NCBI GenBank assembly: GCA_051362555.1 | Contig: CM120640.1 | Location: 5,704,001-5,768,000, forward strand | Origin: Lingula anatina | Taxonomy: Eukaryota; Animalia; Brachiopoda | DNA length: 64,000 nucleotides | Direction: 5' to 3' | In this document: in pieces, positions 29,001-40,861 of the stretch | How the letters are laid out: each line of letters opens with the position of its first letter | How positions within the stretch are numbered: position 1 is the stretch's first letter | Notes under the pieces: generated by a model | Seen by the model: the letters and a program-made list of their open reading frames with translations, nothing else | Told to the model about the DNA's origin: nothing | Databases searched by the model: none | Program-made: the position numbers and the translations under genes

Positions 29001-32000
29001 AGGCAGAAGGAAAAAAAAGTTACTCAGTAATCAAAAGAAGAAATGATTGGAGTTTTAGAAAGAAAGTTACTGTAAGAGCAATCAGCACAGGCTTCATAAA
29101 CAATAATTGCTGTTTGCTATCATGAGCCTTAGATATGGTAGCACAAATGCTCAAATTAATGACTCGAGCCACAAATTAAGTACCTCACTGTAAAATTAGT
29201 AGTCATGAGCACAGCGTCGGATGACATGAATGATTTACCTACCTTCCTCTGGAAGCGGATTCTTTATTATTATTTTTTTCAACACAGATGATACGAGAAA
29301 CAGCATGTTAGAGCTTTCGGAGATTCTTAGTCATAAAACAGTGATATTTTCTCCCCTTCCTACATTTCTGGGGTCTACATTAAGGCCCAATAAAGTGGAT
29401 AGAGTTATATTGACACATTTTGAGGAGGAGAGACATCTTTGTAACTGTCCATGTATTTACGCTTTATTTTTGGAAATATTAAATAAAGATAAAAAAATCT
29501 CACAACAAACCAAAGTAATGTACTTATATAATCTTAATCCATAAATCCATTAGTACAGCAGCAATGTGCTCTCTACAATCTCTGGCTCTGTGGAACATGC
29601 CGAACAGGTATATAAGCAGATTTAGTCAGTGGATCGAATCACTGTGATTGTGGCTACTAATTCAACATTGGGACTGTTAAGTCTTGGCTTGGGCTGTTAA
29701 TCTGGACATTCGCACTCACTAATCTAAGTCTCTAGTTTCCAAACACCCAATCAGTTTACAAGGCCTGCAGTGTAAATTATTTTATGAATAAGAGGCATGT
29801 CCAGGGTTAACTTGCGGTGGAAACATGGTTGTGAGAAGTAAATCTCTTAACACATATTGAGGAGATAAGCTGGGCTTAAATATTATTCACGAATTTGCAA
29901 AATGTATCAATATTATAAATTCTACCCAATTTACAAGGATGATTTAATCCATTTAACCTAAAATACAAGTTCATGAAGTGAACGTGTCAGATTAAGGAAG
30001 CTCCAGTTTGTGTGCACTCAATTGAAGGGACTGTGTCACGCAGCAGGAGGCAATCTGGGTTGTGCAGTACAACAACATTAAGGAACAGAAGAGACATCAG
30101 TTCATAACCCTGAGGTGCAAAAGCCAATTTCATCTACTGATCAAGGAAACATTGAAAGAGAGGAAATTTGTTTCTAATTTTCCCTCCTTTTCAGCACACA
30201 ATAAGTTCATTTGACTTCACATATCTATTATTATTCCATTATTTCCACACCAGTTTTTCCTGATTAAATCACAAAGCTATACATCAAGCAAAGGATATGA
30301 GACAAAATGTTAATACACAGACATAGCTATACCATTAATTGATAAATCAAAGGTCGAATGACACTAATTTTTCTCCGTTATTGTCCCATTAATCATACTT
30401 TTCCATATCAACATGATTACAGAAACGTGTTGACAGTGTAATAAACTAGTTATTGTGTCCGTCATCTCCTGCTCACTGATGTACATATTGTGTTGATACA
30501 CAATTTTCTCTTGATAAATGGAAGTCCCTGATTTGGTGATGTCAGTGAAAAGGAAATGTTTTGTTGAGAAAATATCTTTTTCTCAAATAAGTCGAGATTG
30601 CAATTTCTGTCTTGATTGTACTCCGTTGACTCATTGATTCATTCAAAAGGTTACAACTACAATACAATCAAAGCCTTGTGAAGGTTTTGACCATTTTCCT
30701 TAAGGAAAGTTCTGAGGATAATATTTGAATAAAAAAACTAGCCTCATCAGCAAATATACAGTTCTTACTGACCAGCACCCTTTCAAATTTCAAACAGAAG
30801 AAAAATACTGATTTATTTCAGGTATAAGGAACACCTTTTTTTTCACTACTCCAGGGGGAGTGTAAGGTCAATTTTTCCTTGCAATTTGGTTGATAAGCTG
30901 CAATTTTGGACAGGGGTTAAAATATTGTTGTTAAAAAAAGTTTCAGTGTGCATTTCAGTCATAAGCACAGGCTGATCATGAAAATAAACAAAATTTCAAT
31001 TAGGCAATAAAAAAATTAAAGAGGGACCTTTTTTCATACTTTTTCTCTAACATGTATGATATACAGTTGATGTTCTTGGTTATTTATAAAATTGCCAGAA
31101 ATATCTATTTTTAGACTGTTTTAATTGCTTTTACATATTCAGGTACAGTATTGGGGATTAAAAGTAGTTTCTTAAGAAGCCTAAATAAAAAGAATTTATA
31201 TTTCTTTTTTATTTGATGTTAGTTCCGATTTCATAGATAATGAAAATTTATTAATAGTCATCTTTGTTTTCTAGGATGATCATGTTGTTCAGCATAACAG
31301 AAGAGTCCAGTTGGCCAAGTATGACAAATACTTTAAAAAGTTTGAGTACACCAAAGCACTAGATGCTGCCTTAGATGTAAGTTCACTTTTTTTGTTAGGA
31401 TGTTTTTAAATAATGGAGGCAAAAGTGACATATCTGTTTTGGTTAAGTATTTCATAACTAACCAGTATCGCATTAAGGTTCACAGAACTGTTTCATTCAC
31501 TTATGTTTCTCAGTTCTATACAAATAAAATATGCATGCTGTTACCTTCAATTTTGCTATGACATTCATAACTCCCATGTGCTAAGGTTTACCAGAGTTTT
31601 TCTATTTTCTTTTAAAAGATATTTTCATCCTTTTCTTTGATAGCTAAGAGTACGGATCAAGTCCCCAGAAGTAACAATTGGTGTAATGCAGGAGCTGATC
31701 CGCAGGGCGGGACTGAAGGCAGCTCTGGCTGGCAGAGATGACAAGAGTTTGGGGGTAGTCCTGAAATTCATACAAAAGTAAGAATAATTCACAGCACATT
31801 CCTTCTAGACATCATTTCACTTTAAGAGGTTACAACTGAGATCCATATTCCTCCATAAACACATTGTAAATAATTCTATTTTAACACCAAAACAGTGGTC
31901 ATCACAATTATTCTGGAATCTGTGCTTGCCATCAGGCCACCTGACCTCCATACATTCACTAACCATTGGTAAGTTTAGAAAAAATGCCATTTACCCCAGG

Positions 32001-33372
32001 AAAATAAACTTTTTGCCCAATATGAAGTTGTTATCCCTTAAAGTTACAAGTCCGTGAAGGCATGTGCACACGTCCTTGGATGATAAGTGAAAGAATTTGC
32101 ACTTATTAATGCTTTATTAGAAATAGATCTGACATTTGAAAGATAATTTTAATTAAATGTTCCTACTTCAAAGTATCTGGAGGATTTCTTTTGTTAACAT
32201 TTTAATTTCATTTATTTCCAGGAACATAAGCAATGCTAAATTTACAGTGCCACTTATAGATGTTGCCAACACAGTATTGGGTAAGTTCAGTTTACAGGAC
32301 TGCAATTTGCAGGGGAAGCTTTATTGTAGACAAATACAACACTGATGCAGTGATTGAAGAAATTCATAGATATTACGCAATTTATATCTCGTATCATCTA
32401 ACAATCTTAATGCAGACAGTGCTTTATTCCCAATTTCAAAACTTGTATGGACGCATTTGCTTATGACCAATTTTCTATTTACATTTTAATAATATACAGA
32501 TTTTAAGTGGGAAAACCTGCATATGGTAGCATCTGGATATTGAGTAATGGAATTCCTTTTACTCTAATTTTCTTTGCGTGCTCATTTCATTTGATATCAG
32601 TAATCTACATTATTATGTCATAGTTGGCACTCTTATAACTGCATGGCTAGAGTTAATATTAAGTATAAGGAAGCATTTGTTGACATTACCAGCACGCAAA
32701 CCCAAACTTTTAATTTGGTCAATACATTACAACAGAGACTTTGAAATATGTGGGTCTTATCACAATTGAGTCAAAACAGCAATGATAACAAAGGACATGT
32801 ATCTGATTTTGATACTAAATTCATTTTATGAACATTGTGGTATAACAAATTTTAAAAAAATGTCAATTGGATTTCATTCCAAAGTCTTCAGTCACAGGTT
32901 ATAATGTATATTGAACTTCCATAGCTCTTCCTACAATGAAAATACATTTATTTTTAGAGCACTTGTAAAGATTTCACTATATTTCTCAGTGTTAAAAAAC
33001 CTCTATCTTAATTTAGTAACTTGTAGTATCTCAGTACAAAGTGTGTGCTTGCATGTGGAAACATGTCTGTGTCACGTAGCAACAAAATTTCTACCGAATA
33101 AAATTGTCTTATTTATATCTGATGATCTGTCTGTCCATACCATATTTTTGATACCCTTAGATCTGTACAGTTCCCAGTTAGGCCAGTCCACAGTGATTGA
33201 TGAGACCTTTGCCAGGTTAAAAGAGACAGTGGACCAAGAGGTCAGCTACATCAAGCAGCTGCTGGAAGTGATGGGCACCATGGACACACTGTTTGCTGCC
33301 TCAGTCCACAACCAGACTATGGTGCACCAAGAGATAATGCCAGGAATGGCACATGTTGAAGCAATATCTTGA
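16129..33372 (+). CDS. UTP15: U3 small nucleolar RNA-associated protein 15 homolog (WD40 repeats plus UTP15 C-terminal domain), ~515 aa, 13 exons
   Basis: Exons 16129..16212, 17849..17941, 18965..19149, 25895..26018, 26834..26888, 27557..27682, 27979..28114, 28393..28477, 28729..28881, 31275..31376, 31644..31777, 32222..32280, 33161..33372; all GT-AG, phase-consistent, total 1548 nt. Diagnostic peptides: [82 protein letters not shown]. Confidence 0.96.
21942..22099. mobile_element. Imperfect inverted repeat, probable MITE or non-autonomous DNA transposon remnant in UTP15 intron 3
   Basis: AGGGTCAAATATGGTCGACCCACT (21966..21989) is the reverse complement of AGTGGGTC-ACCATATTTGACCCT (22053..22075) with one indel. 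Weaker complementarity extends out to CAGAAT (21942) / ATTCTG (22099). Confidence 0.55.
22993..23053. repeat. (TA)n microsatellite, about 30 units
   Basis: Uninterrupted TATATA run, read directly. Confidence 0.97.
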
Positions 33373-33511
33373 TAATGTATAAAAATTTACGTTTTGTTTA
33401 GAAGAGAAGACATATAATGTTCTGTATAAACTGCAGTTTGTGGCACCAAGCTCTTGAAACAGCTTGTACAGTTTCATAATGAATGATGAAAGTCAGAGTG
33501 CGATTTTCTTA

Positions 33512-33517
33512 AATAAA
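33512..33517 (+). terminator. Probable UTP15 polyadenylation signal
   Basis: AATAAA 140 nt after the TGA stop, followed by a GT/T-rich downstream element (tgtactgtgtttgttcttt). Confidence 0.6.
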
Positions 33518-34114
33518 AACAGTTGTACTGTGTTTGTTCTTTACCATTTAAGTTATTACTTTATTTGTCTCCCAAACCCTTTAATTTAACAAGATCAAGA
33601 ATGTCATAAATGGTGTGCATACAGGAGCATCAAAGTGCATGATGAAGCTTTAGCAATGTTTCCCAACCTGCTGGTGAAATATATATCCAACTTTCGAAGA
33701 GATTGCTTTTGTTATTACCTAATTGAAAGTTTGAGGAAATCTTACGATTGCAGGAAATTATCTGAAACTGTCTCTAGCATATCTAATTCACTTGCATAAC
33801 TGTTGCAACTGAGATCACCACATATCAACACTGACATGAAACCTGGAGTCATCCAGTTTTAGCTTCAGAAAGACTTCAGTCAATTGCTACACTTTTATTT
33901 ATTGAACTGACTGCAGGAGTTTTTTGATATTAAAATATTCCCTTTCTTCTTGTGGCTGTTGAATTCTGGGAAGATCATGTGTCGAGTTATTTAAACAACA
34001 ATCAAGGCATTCTATTATGGCAACAGTTTCTGACAATTTTGGTTAATGACTTTTTTGACAAAACTTTTGTTTCATAGCTGTTTTTTGAATGAATGACCCC
34101 TACTCTGCATCTAA

Positions 34115-35730
34115 TTATTCAACATTGAGGAGATCTGCCAATGTTTTTTGTTCAACATCATTGTCATTGTCTTCATCTTGTTCTCCCATGTATTTCTCAG
34201 CTACAGTCTGGATTTTCTCGTATTCAAACTCTGCTCCCACAGCACAGGATAAAAGCTCTTGAATACTTCTCTCTTCCATGTCGCCAAAGACGTAACCATT
34301 TGCTTTGTCCACTTCACGAATTACCCGCAGCATACAGTCCCTGTCCTTATTATATAAAAGATAAATATATTTTCATATAGGGCAAAATTATTTCATACTT
34401 ACTAAAATAGTTGAAGAAATATTTCAAAATTTTGTAACAATTCAAAAAGATAAACTTAAAGGTTGAACCACTTTAATAAGAAAACATGCTCATCTATCAC
34501 AATGCCATATTGCAGTCATTAGCCACCCAAACGTAGGATTCTCACAATCTTCCCAAGTAAAAAGTTAAAGAAAAGATCCACAGCTTTCAAGTAACCAAAA
34601 TTCAAGGAGTCTCCTGACCAAAGCAAATATTTATAAATTTTAAGTGGACTGGTCATCTGAGCAACTGGTCAGCCTACCTTGATGTTCAGTGCCACAAATG
34701 ACACCAGGCTGTAATCCTCTACCACACTGACCAAGGCTTCATTCAATTTTCTATACTTGCTGAAGAATGGGTCTTCCTAAAATCAGATAGGCAAAGAGTA
34801 TAAATAATCATTTTAGTGTAGATAACTAGCATAGTGATATTTTGTTTTCCAGCAGAATCTCTTTCTGTGTGTGCTGTATGCCCTCTCCATGTTGCTCACA
34901 ACACTCCACACTTGTCAAAATTAACTTTCAACTTTTTTTATAATCACTGACCTTAATCCAATTAGTCCAACTTATTTTAATTCAAAGTTCAACTGTGGTT
35001 GCATACAGGAAAAGTGAAAATGTGCAAAAGATATACTTCTGCAGTAAAACTGTGAAATACAAGAAACTTGTAACAAAAACCAAAATATAATCCATCCAAT
35101 AACACTGGAACCTCAATGTTCTACCTGTAAATGTTCCAACAAATAAGACAGGTCCAAGACATCAGTATAGAAGTCTAAATGGAAAGCCAGCTGTCCATAT
35201 TTCTGAATTAAATCTGCCTTGGAGAGAACATTGACATGAGGTAGTTCACACTGTAACATGGTGGACAGGGATGTTAAGAGAACCGAGACAAATTTTGATG
35301 CTTCGCTACAATAAAAAGAGTCCACCATATGCACAGCAGTTAGGCGATAGTCCAGTTTGGTTAGTCTGCCGAATATCTTTTTCACTGAATCATCATGGGT
35401 GTACAGTTCTACTTGACCTGGGCAGTCAAATAATAAATAGGAGTCTTTTAAAGCTGAGACTTTGCTATGTAACCAGTCCATATTCCTCTCTAAAAACTCC
35501 ATACAGTATATCAGGCCACCATTTGGGCCCAGTTTCAGACTGTCCATAACATCAGATAATGTGATGAGCTCAGCGATGTTCACTTGGCATTTGTAAGGAA
35601 GAATATCATTGGCTGGGTCGAGGTTGATGACGGCTACTTTCCGTCCCATGGCTGTAAGAAACTCCTGCATAGCGGTGCAGTATGTAGTCTTCCCACTGCC
35701 AGGAGGACCAATCACTACCTGGCCAAACAT
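34115..35730 (-). CDS. GPN2: GPN-loop GTPase 2, ~311 aa, 3 coding exons
   Basis: Exons 35125..35730, 34678..34776 ([33 protein letters not shown]) and 34115..34345 ([21 protein letters not shown]...), total 936 nt. P-loop [18 protein letters not shown] loop [18 protein letters not shown] and NVLSKAD are present; [17 protein letters not shown] and VDKANGY fit GPN2. Confidence 0.96.
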
Positions 35731-35869
35731 CCTGAAGCCTGGACCTCCTGGGATGACCCCTCACTGAAATGAATTTAACAAATACTGATTTAAACAAGCA
35801 GTTTAGATAACCTTTCATCTGGTGATAGTTAATACTTTCACATAAACTGTATTTTAGGCATCAAGTTGA

Positions 35870-36540
35870 TCCGAGTTTTCTGGCTCAACCACATGATCTA
35901 TCATTAACTATAATATGTGTCCTACCAAAATATGTACGTCTATTGTAGAGTCTATTTTATTGTCTCTATGGAGGTATATGGGGACTTTACGACATTCGGT
36001 TTGAAGGCTTTAACCACTTGTTATAGTTTATTTTTGCATTGTATTGGATTAATGTGGCAGTCTAAGGTTGTCCTAGGTGGTTTTCAAGTTTATGCACCCG
36101 GTTTTAATATCATTTAGCGATTTTACGACAACCGTTTACTATCCAATCAAGGTGACAGCCGAGCGTGCAGGAGGTCTATTGGCAATGCACTGTGCCCAAG
36201 TAAAAAAGTTAAAACTTTCATTTGTTATCTATAGTAAGAGTGCGTCGGCTGTGTGAGGTTGAGAACATTATAAAAATTTTGGTACCTAGCCCAATATAAA
36301 TGAAATCGACCGACCGTCTCGCCGTCTGTTGACTTGGCACTGTAACCAAATTTGAAATTGTGTCCCTAGAAGTTAATGTTTACGGAGAAATAGAGAAATG
36401 CAGGACTGGTTTGACGCATTTCACACATGTTGAGTTATCAGAAGATGCTAGCAGTTCGCAACCTGATTGGACAAAATTGCATTTAGTGCGGGGATAATAA
36501 TGTCTCTGTTTACAGTGACTGCCAGGTAAGTTTCACGTGA
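35870..36540. promoter_or_regulatory. Divergent promoter region between GPN2 and COMMD10
   Basis: ATGs at 35730 (-) and 36500 (+). CpG-enriched. CCAAT boxes in both orientations (36143, 36178, 36291, 36466), CRE-like TGACGCA 36412, E-box TCACGTGA 36533. Confidence 0.72.
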
Positions 36541-38986
36541 TTATAATTTATTCTACCGTTTCCTAATCAAGATAGTCTGTATTGTTTAATTACGAGTGGC
36601 TTTCAAATTTTTAGTGTGCCTCGCAAACGATACGTATTTGTCTCACTTCATTGTCTTCAAATGAGATAAACTCTGTCATATACAACTGTAAAATATGGAC
36701 ACCTCCCACTTTCATTTAGTGATAATGATTAAAGCTTTTTTAATTCAGGACTGCTATGTCGACAAATTGTGAAAATATTTTATTTAAATATCTTCTGTTT
36801 CAGCATCAAGAAGGCTGTTTCACTGGTAAACAGTCTAGACTCTGGAAAGTTCCCATTATTACTATCGAGGATCCTGCAGAAACTGCATCTGAAGGTAAGC
36901 TGCTGTGTACTTTGTTATTATTATTATAAAACAAAATAGATGTTATGTCAAAGAATTCTGTTAATGTACTGCCTCGTGTACATAGCTACTAATGTGTATC
37001 ATTTTCGGCACATGACAATAGTACCAAGCAGAGATAGGATTTGATAGATGCATCATGTTTTGTGATTTGACATTTTTTTATATTGTACTTTGTGAAGAGT
37101 CTGAAGAACAATGTCACATTATTATTATTAGAATCTTTCCCTAACTATGGAAGAACCTGCCCTTTTTATTCAATTCAGGCATCCTAACATTCAAAAATTG
37201 CATGTTACTAAGTTACAAATTCATTAGATATACATTGTAGCTCTGTAATATAATCTACAGTCATAAAAGGCATGGAAATACATGGCATGTTTACTCTAGT
37301 AAGGGTATAGGTAGCAGCTTAAGGTGGGGTTTTGGTTGATCATCATATGTTTTCATATGTGACTTTACTGCCCAGGATGAGCGAGCTTTCAGTGAGGAGG
37401 AGGAAGAGAAGTTGCAGTCTGCATTTGGACTTGAAGGAGAAGAGCTAGACTTAGTGATTACAACATGTGAATTCATTTTACAGCAGGTACTCAGCAAATG
37501 TTTTCTAGGATCATGTTTGAATGTTAAATAGGGCCCTGGGTTCTTTATTTAAAGGATATTCTATAATGTGTGCATATTTTATTGCTGTCTTGTTTGATAA
37601 AGTTTGAAGGCTTTTTTTCTGAAGGTGGGGATGGGAGGGATTCTGTTGGAGAGGTCACCAGAAAAAGAAAGAGGGAAAATATTTGTGATCAGATTTAAAG
37701 ATAATTACAATAATGACCCATTTATGAAATAATTTTGTATTTTAGGCTGCTTACCATACAGCAAAACCAGCGGTTTTACAACAACAATTGCAGCAAATTG
37801 GATTAGAGGATGAAAAGGTAGAAAAAGTTTCCAGTACCCCTCCCATTGAAATCCATGCTACACGTAACAGAATTACAAGCTATGTATATTTAAGTTATGA
37901 AAATGTGCATTTAAACACCACTGTTAAGTGGTAATATGTACATTATGACAAACATTTATGACTTTTTTTTTTTTTTTTTTTTTGGGGGGGGGGGGAATAT
38001 AAATACAGGTTATCTACTCAGTATGTACAAAGAAATTGGGAAGACCTAGGGCAAGGAAAAGTCAGTCTTTGGTCCCTTTAACTTTGTAGTGCGTAACAAG
38101 TATTTTATGAATTTCCATAGATTTTCACTATTATTAATATTTTTTCCAGGTTGAAGCGATTGTCCAGATGTGGACAAATATGGCAAGAGGGGTTGTAGAT
38201 AAATTGAGAAAGCGAACAATAGCACCAAAACAAGTGGGTATCTGCCTTTAGCTCATACACTTGAACCGATAGGTTATAGTTTGAATAAAAATGTTAGATT
38301 ATATGAATATACAGTGATAAAGTGTGTCTCTAAATATGAGTGATTAGGTGCATTACAACAAAAAATTTAAAAAATACCATGCTTGATGATTACTAAAATT
38401 TCTTACAGCTTGAAGATGTGAATTGGAGGTTAAATCTTCAAATGGCACAGGCCAACAAGGCAAAAATGAAGCTTCCAACAGCAATGTTTGAGCTGGGGAT
38501 CAAGGATGAAAATAGTGATGTAATTATTAACTAAATTTTTTGATATGAAATTATCGATTTTGTCTTTGATTTGAGCAGATGACATAATTTAATTGCTTCA
38601 TATGTATTGTAGGGACTAAGGTAATAAAAATGAAAAATACCTTTTCTAGAAACTGTAAAAATTCTTTCCCCTTTTCAGACAAAGGAAAAGACAAGGCTTG
38701 AATTTACCCATGATGAGTTGTATGCATTCTATAACCAGGTAGGCAAACAATTAGATTTAATTTTTGAGTCAGTTAGTTTAAATCCTGTTGATTAGATTTG
38801 AGAAGTAATGCACATTTTCTCCTCCATCCTCTAAACCTTTTTTACTTTGATCCAGTAAGCTGTTAATATGACATATATTTGCAATTTATATTTAATATGG
38901 AAAAAAAGTAAATTGTCCATGTGTAAATAAGATTTTTGATATTTCAGCTTGAAACAATTCAGTCTCAAGTTGACTCCCTTAGCTAG
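36500..38986 (+). CDS. COMMD10: COMM domain-containing protein 10, ~197 aa, 8 exons
   Basis: Exons 36500..36525, 36804..36894, 37376..37486, 37746..37817, 38150..38233, 38409..38519, 38679..38738, 38948..38986, total 594 nt. Peptides [49 protein letters not shown] and [16 protein letters not shown] closely match COMMD10. The gene is absent from the ORF track because its exons are short. Confidence 0.96.
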
Positions 38987-40861
38987 TAAATGGAGATACC
39001 AAGAAGTGGAAACCAACTTGAATGACTAACTGTAATGGACTGTACTGTATCAATCTAAAAATATGTGTACAGATGATAACTGGAGTCATCAATAATCCAT
39101 GTATGTAGGAAGATTTATGATCCAGCAGTTCTTTTGACAGAACCTAGATGAGAATAATGAGAAGAAAAAAAGAGAAAGAACTATATTTTATTTATTACAT
39201 CATCAGTATTTTACTATGCTCTGTGTGAAAAAGTAACATATTTTTATAACTGTTGCTTAATTTGATGTTAAAACTATAAGTATGCACTGAATAAGATCAA
39301 GATGTACAGTTTTATAAATACATTTTAGTGAATTAAAGTAAATGAATTTATTTATAGCTTGTCAAGTTGGATGTAGTGTTTACATGAATCAGTTTCCCAT
39401 AGTTAATGAGGAGAATGATTTAAACATTACTAAACTGTTGTTCACATCTCTAATAATTGCAATTATGGTGATCATTATACACAATTATAATACAAGGAAA
39501 GACTCCAGTTTGTTATAAAAAGTTTCTTCAAAAGACAGCTAATGCACAGCCATTTGAAATTGTCTTTATAAGTTAATATATTAACCTCAATCCCTGAAAG
39601 TGGCCAGCAAGGCACTGAAATATTGGAGTGTATAGTAACTGTGTTTATTACACAACTGTTGAAATTCCTTAAAGGAGAGACATTGGATTCATCATTGAGG
39701 CTAGTATTTTTGATAAAGAATGTTGTTGCAAATTCTTATTATTGATATTACAAAATCAGGTGCTAAAAACTCAACCAGTTTTGCCTATAAGTGAAGCTGG
39801 AATTTTCATTGTCATCATGCTAGAGGTGATTTAGCATTATTACCTAACTGGGCCAATATACTCAGGATAACCTGTGTAATATAATATTTCCATCTTGGGT
39901 AATAAAATATTTGGAGATTACTCTTCAGTCTTTTTTTTCCTTTTTCAGTTGATCAGTGATTTAGAAAGAATCACTTGTGTGTTGCAATGTCTGTCATTGC
40001 ATTAGAGGAGACAGCACATTCATTCAGCTGATACACTGTGTACCTGTAATGCAGCCAAGCAGGTCTTCTGGTCCTAAATTTAATCTGCCTCTAACACTTA
40101 GCAAACTGAATTTTTTATTTGCTGCAGGTCCAGACATAATGTTTGTTAATGGACTAACTGAGGAGTAACCTTCAAGGTTTAATGTATTTGGTTTAACAAA
40201 ACTAAGAAATCACTTCAAAACCACCAACATTTTCATTTCAGCTGGCCAGTTAAATATGAATCAGACCCCCAACCCAAAATAATGAATTAATAAAATAAAA
40301 CTGATATTTACTTTAATGGAAATTGCTCTCAAGTGCATTATGGTCTAGACTTGTCCACAATAGAAAATCGCTAAGCTGAAGTTGAATAAAGCATTAACTT
40401 TAGAGATTTATAGAATAAGGTGTAGTTTAAAACCATACCAAGATTTACCAAAATTTACCATATTTTTTGTTAGGAATAGTAATAAATTGAAGACTTGTCA
40501 ATATTCATGTGCAGAATTTTTGAGAAGTATCAACACCATTACAGATATTTCCTAACTCAGAGTGAAAATTTTTATTTCCAGCACTAATAGTTTCATCTGT
40601 TGAATTAATAAACATTGATGGATTTGACATTGACATCTGCTGTGCTAAATTTCATTCCACATTCAAGGGTATATACTAATTACTTTCAATAATTCAATAT
40701 AATTACTGACAGCATAGAAAGCTTGATAGAATTATTCTATCATTAATTGAAACGAGATACAGATGCTCATGAAATTCAGTACTTGATTATTGAAATAGTA
40801 ATGTCATATTGCTTTCATAGAAATCAACAAGAAAAAAAACTTGTTTTCTGATATAAATTGT

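Noticed and set aside
35606-35818. 70 aa ORF overlapping the GPN2 start in another frame (possible uORF)
   Set aside because: Its ATG lies upstream of a likely splice acceptor (ttcatttcag, ~35764), so it is probably intronic. This cannot be settled without transcript data.
37963-37995. T-run/G-run and other homopolymers (also ~1953, ~8680, ~19380)
   Set aside because: Simple mononucleotide tracts with no TSD or retroposon body; their lengths may include sequencing error.
38068-38090. TTTGGTCCCTTTAAC resembling miR-133
   Set aside because: It diverges after the seed region and has no precursor hairpin.
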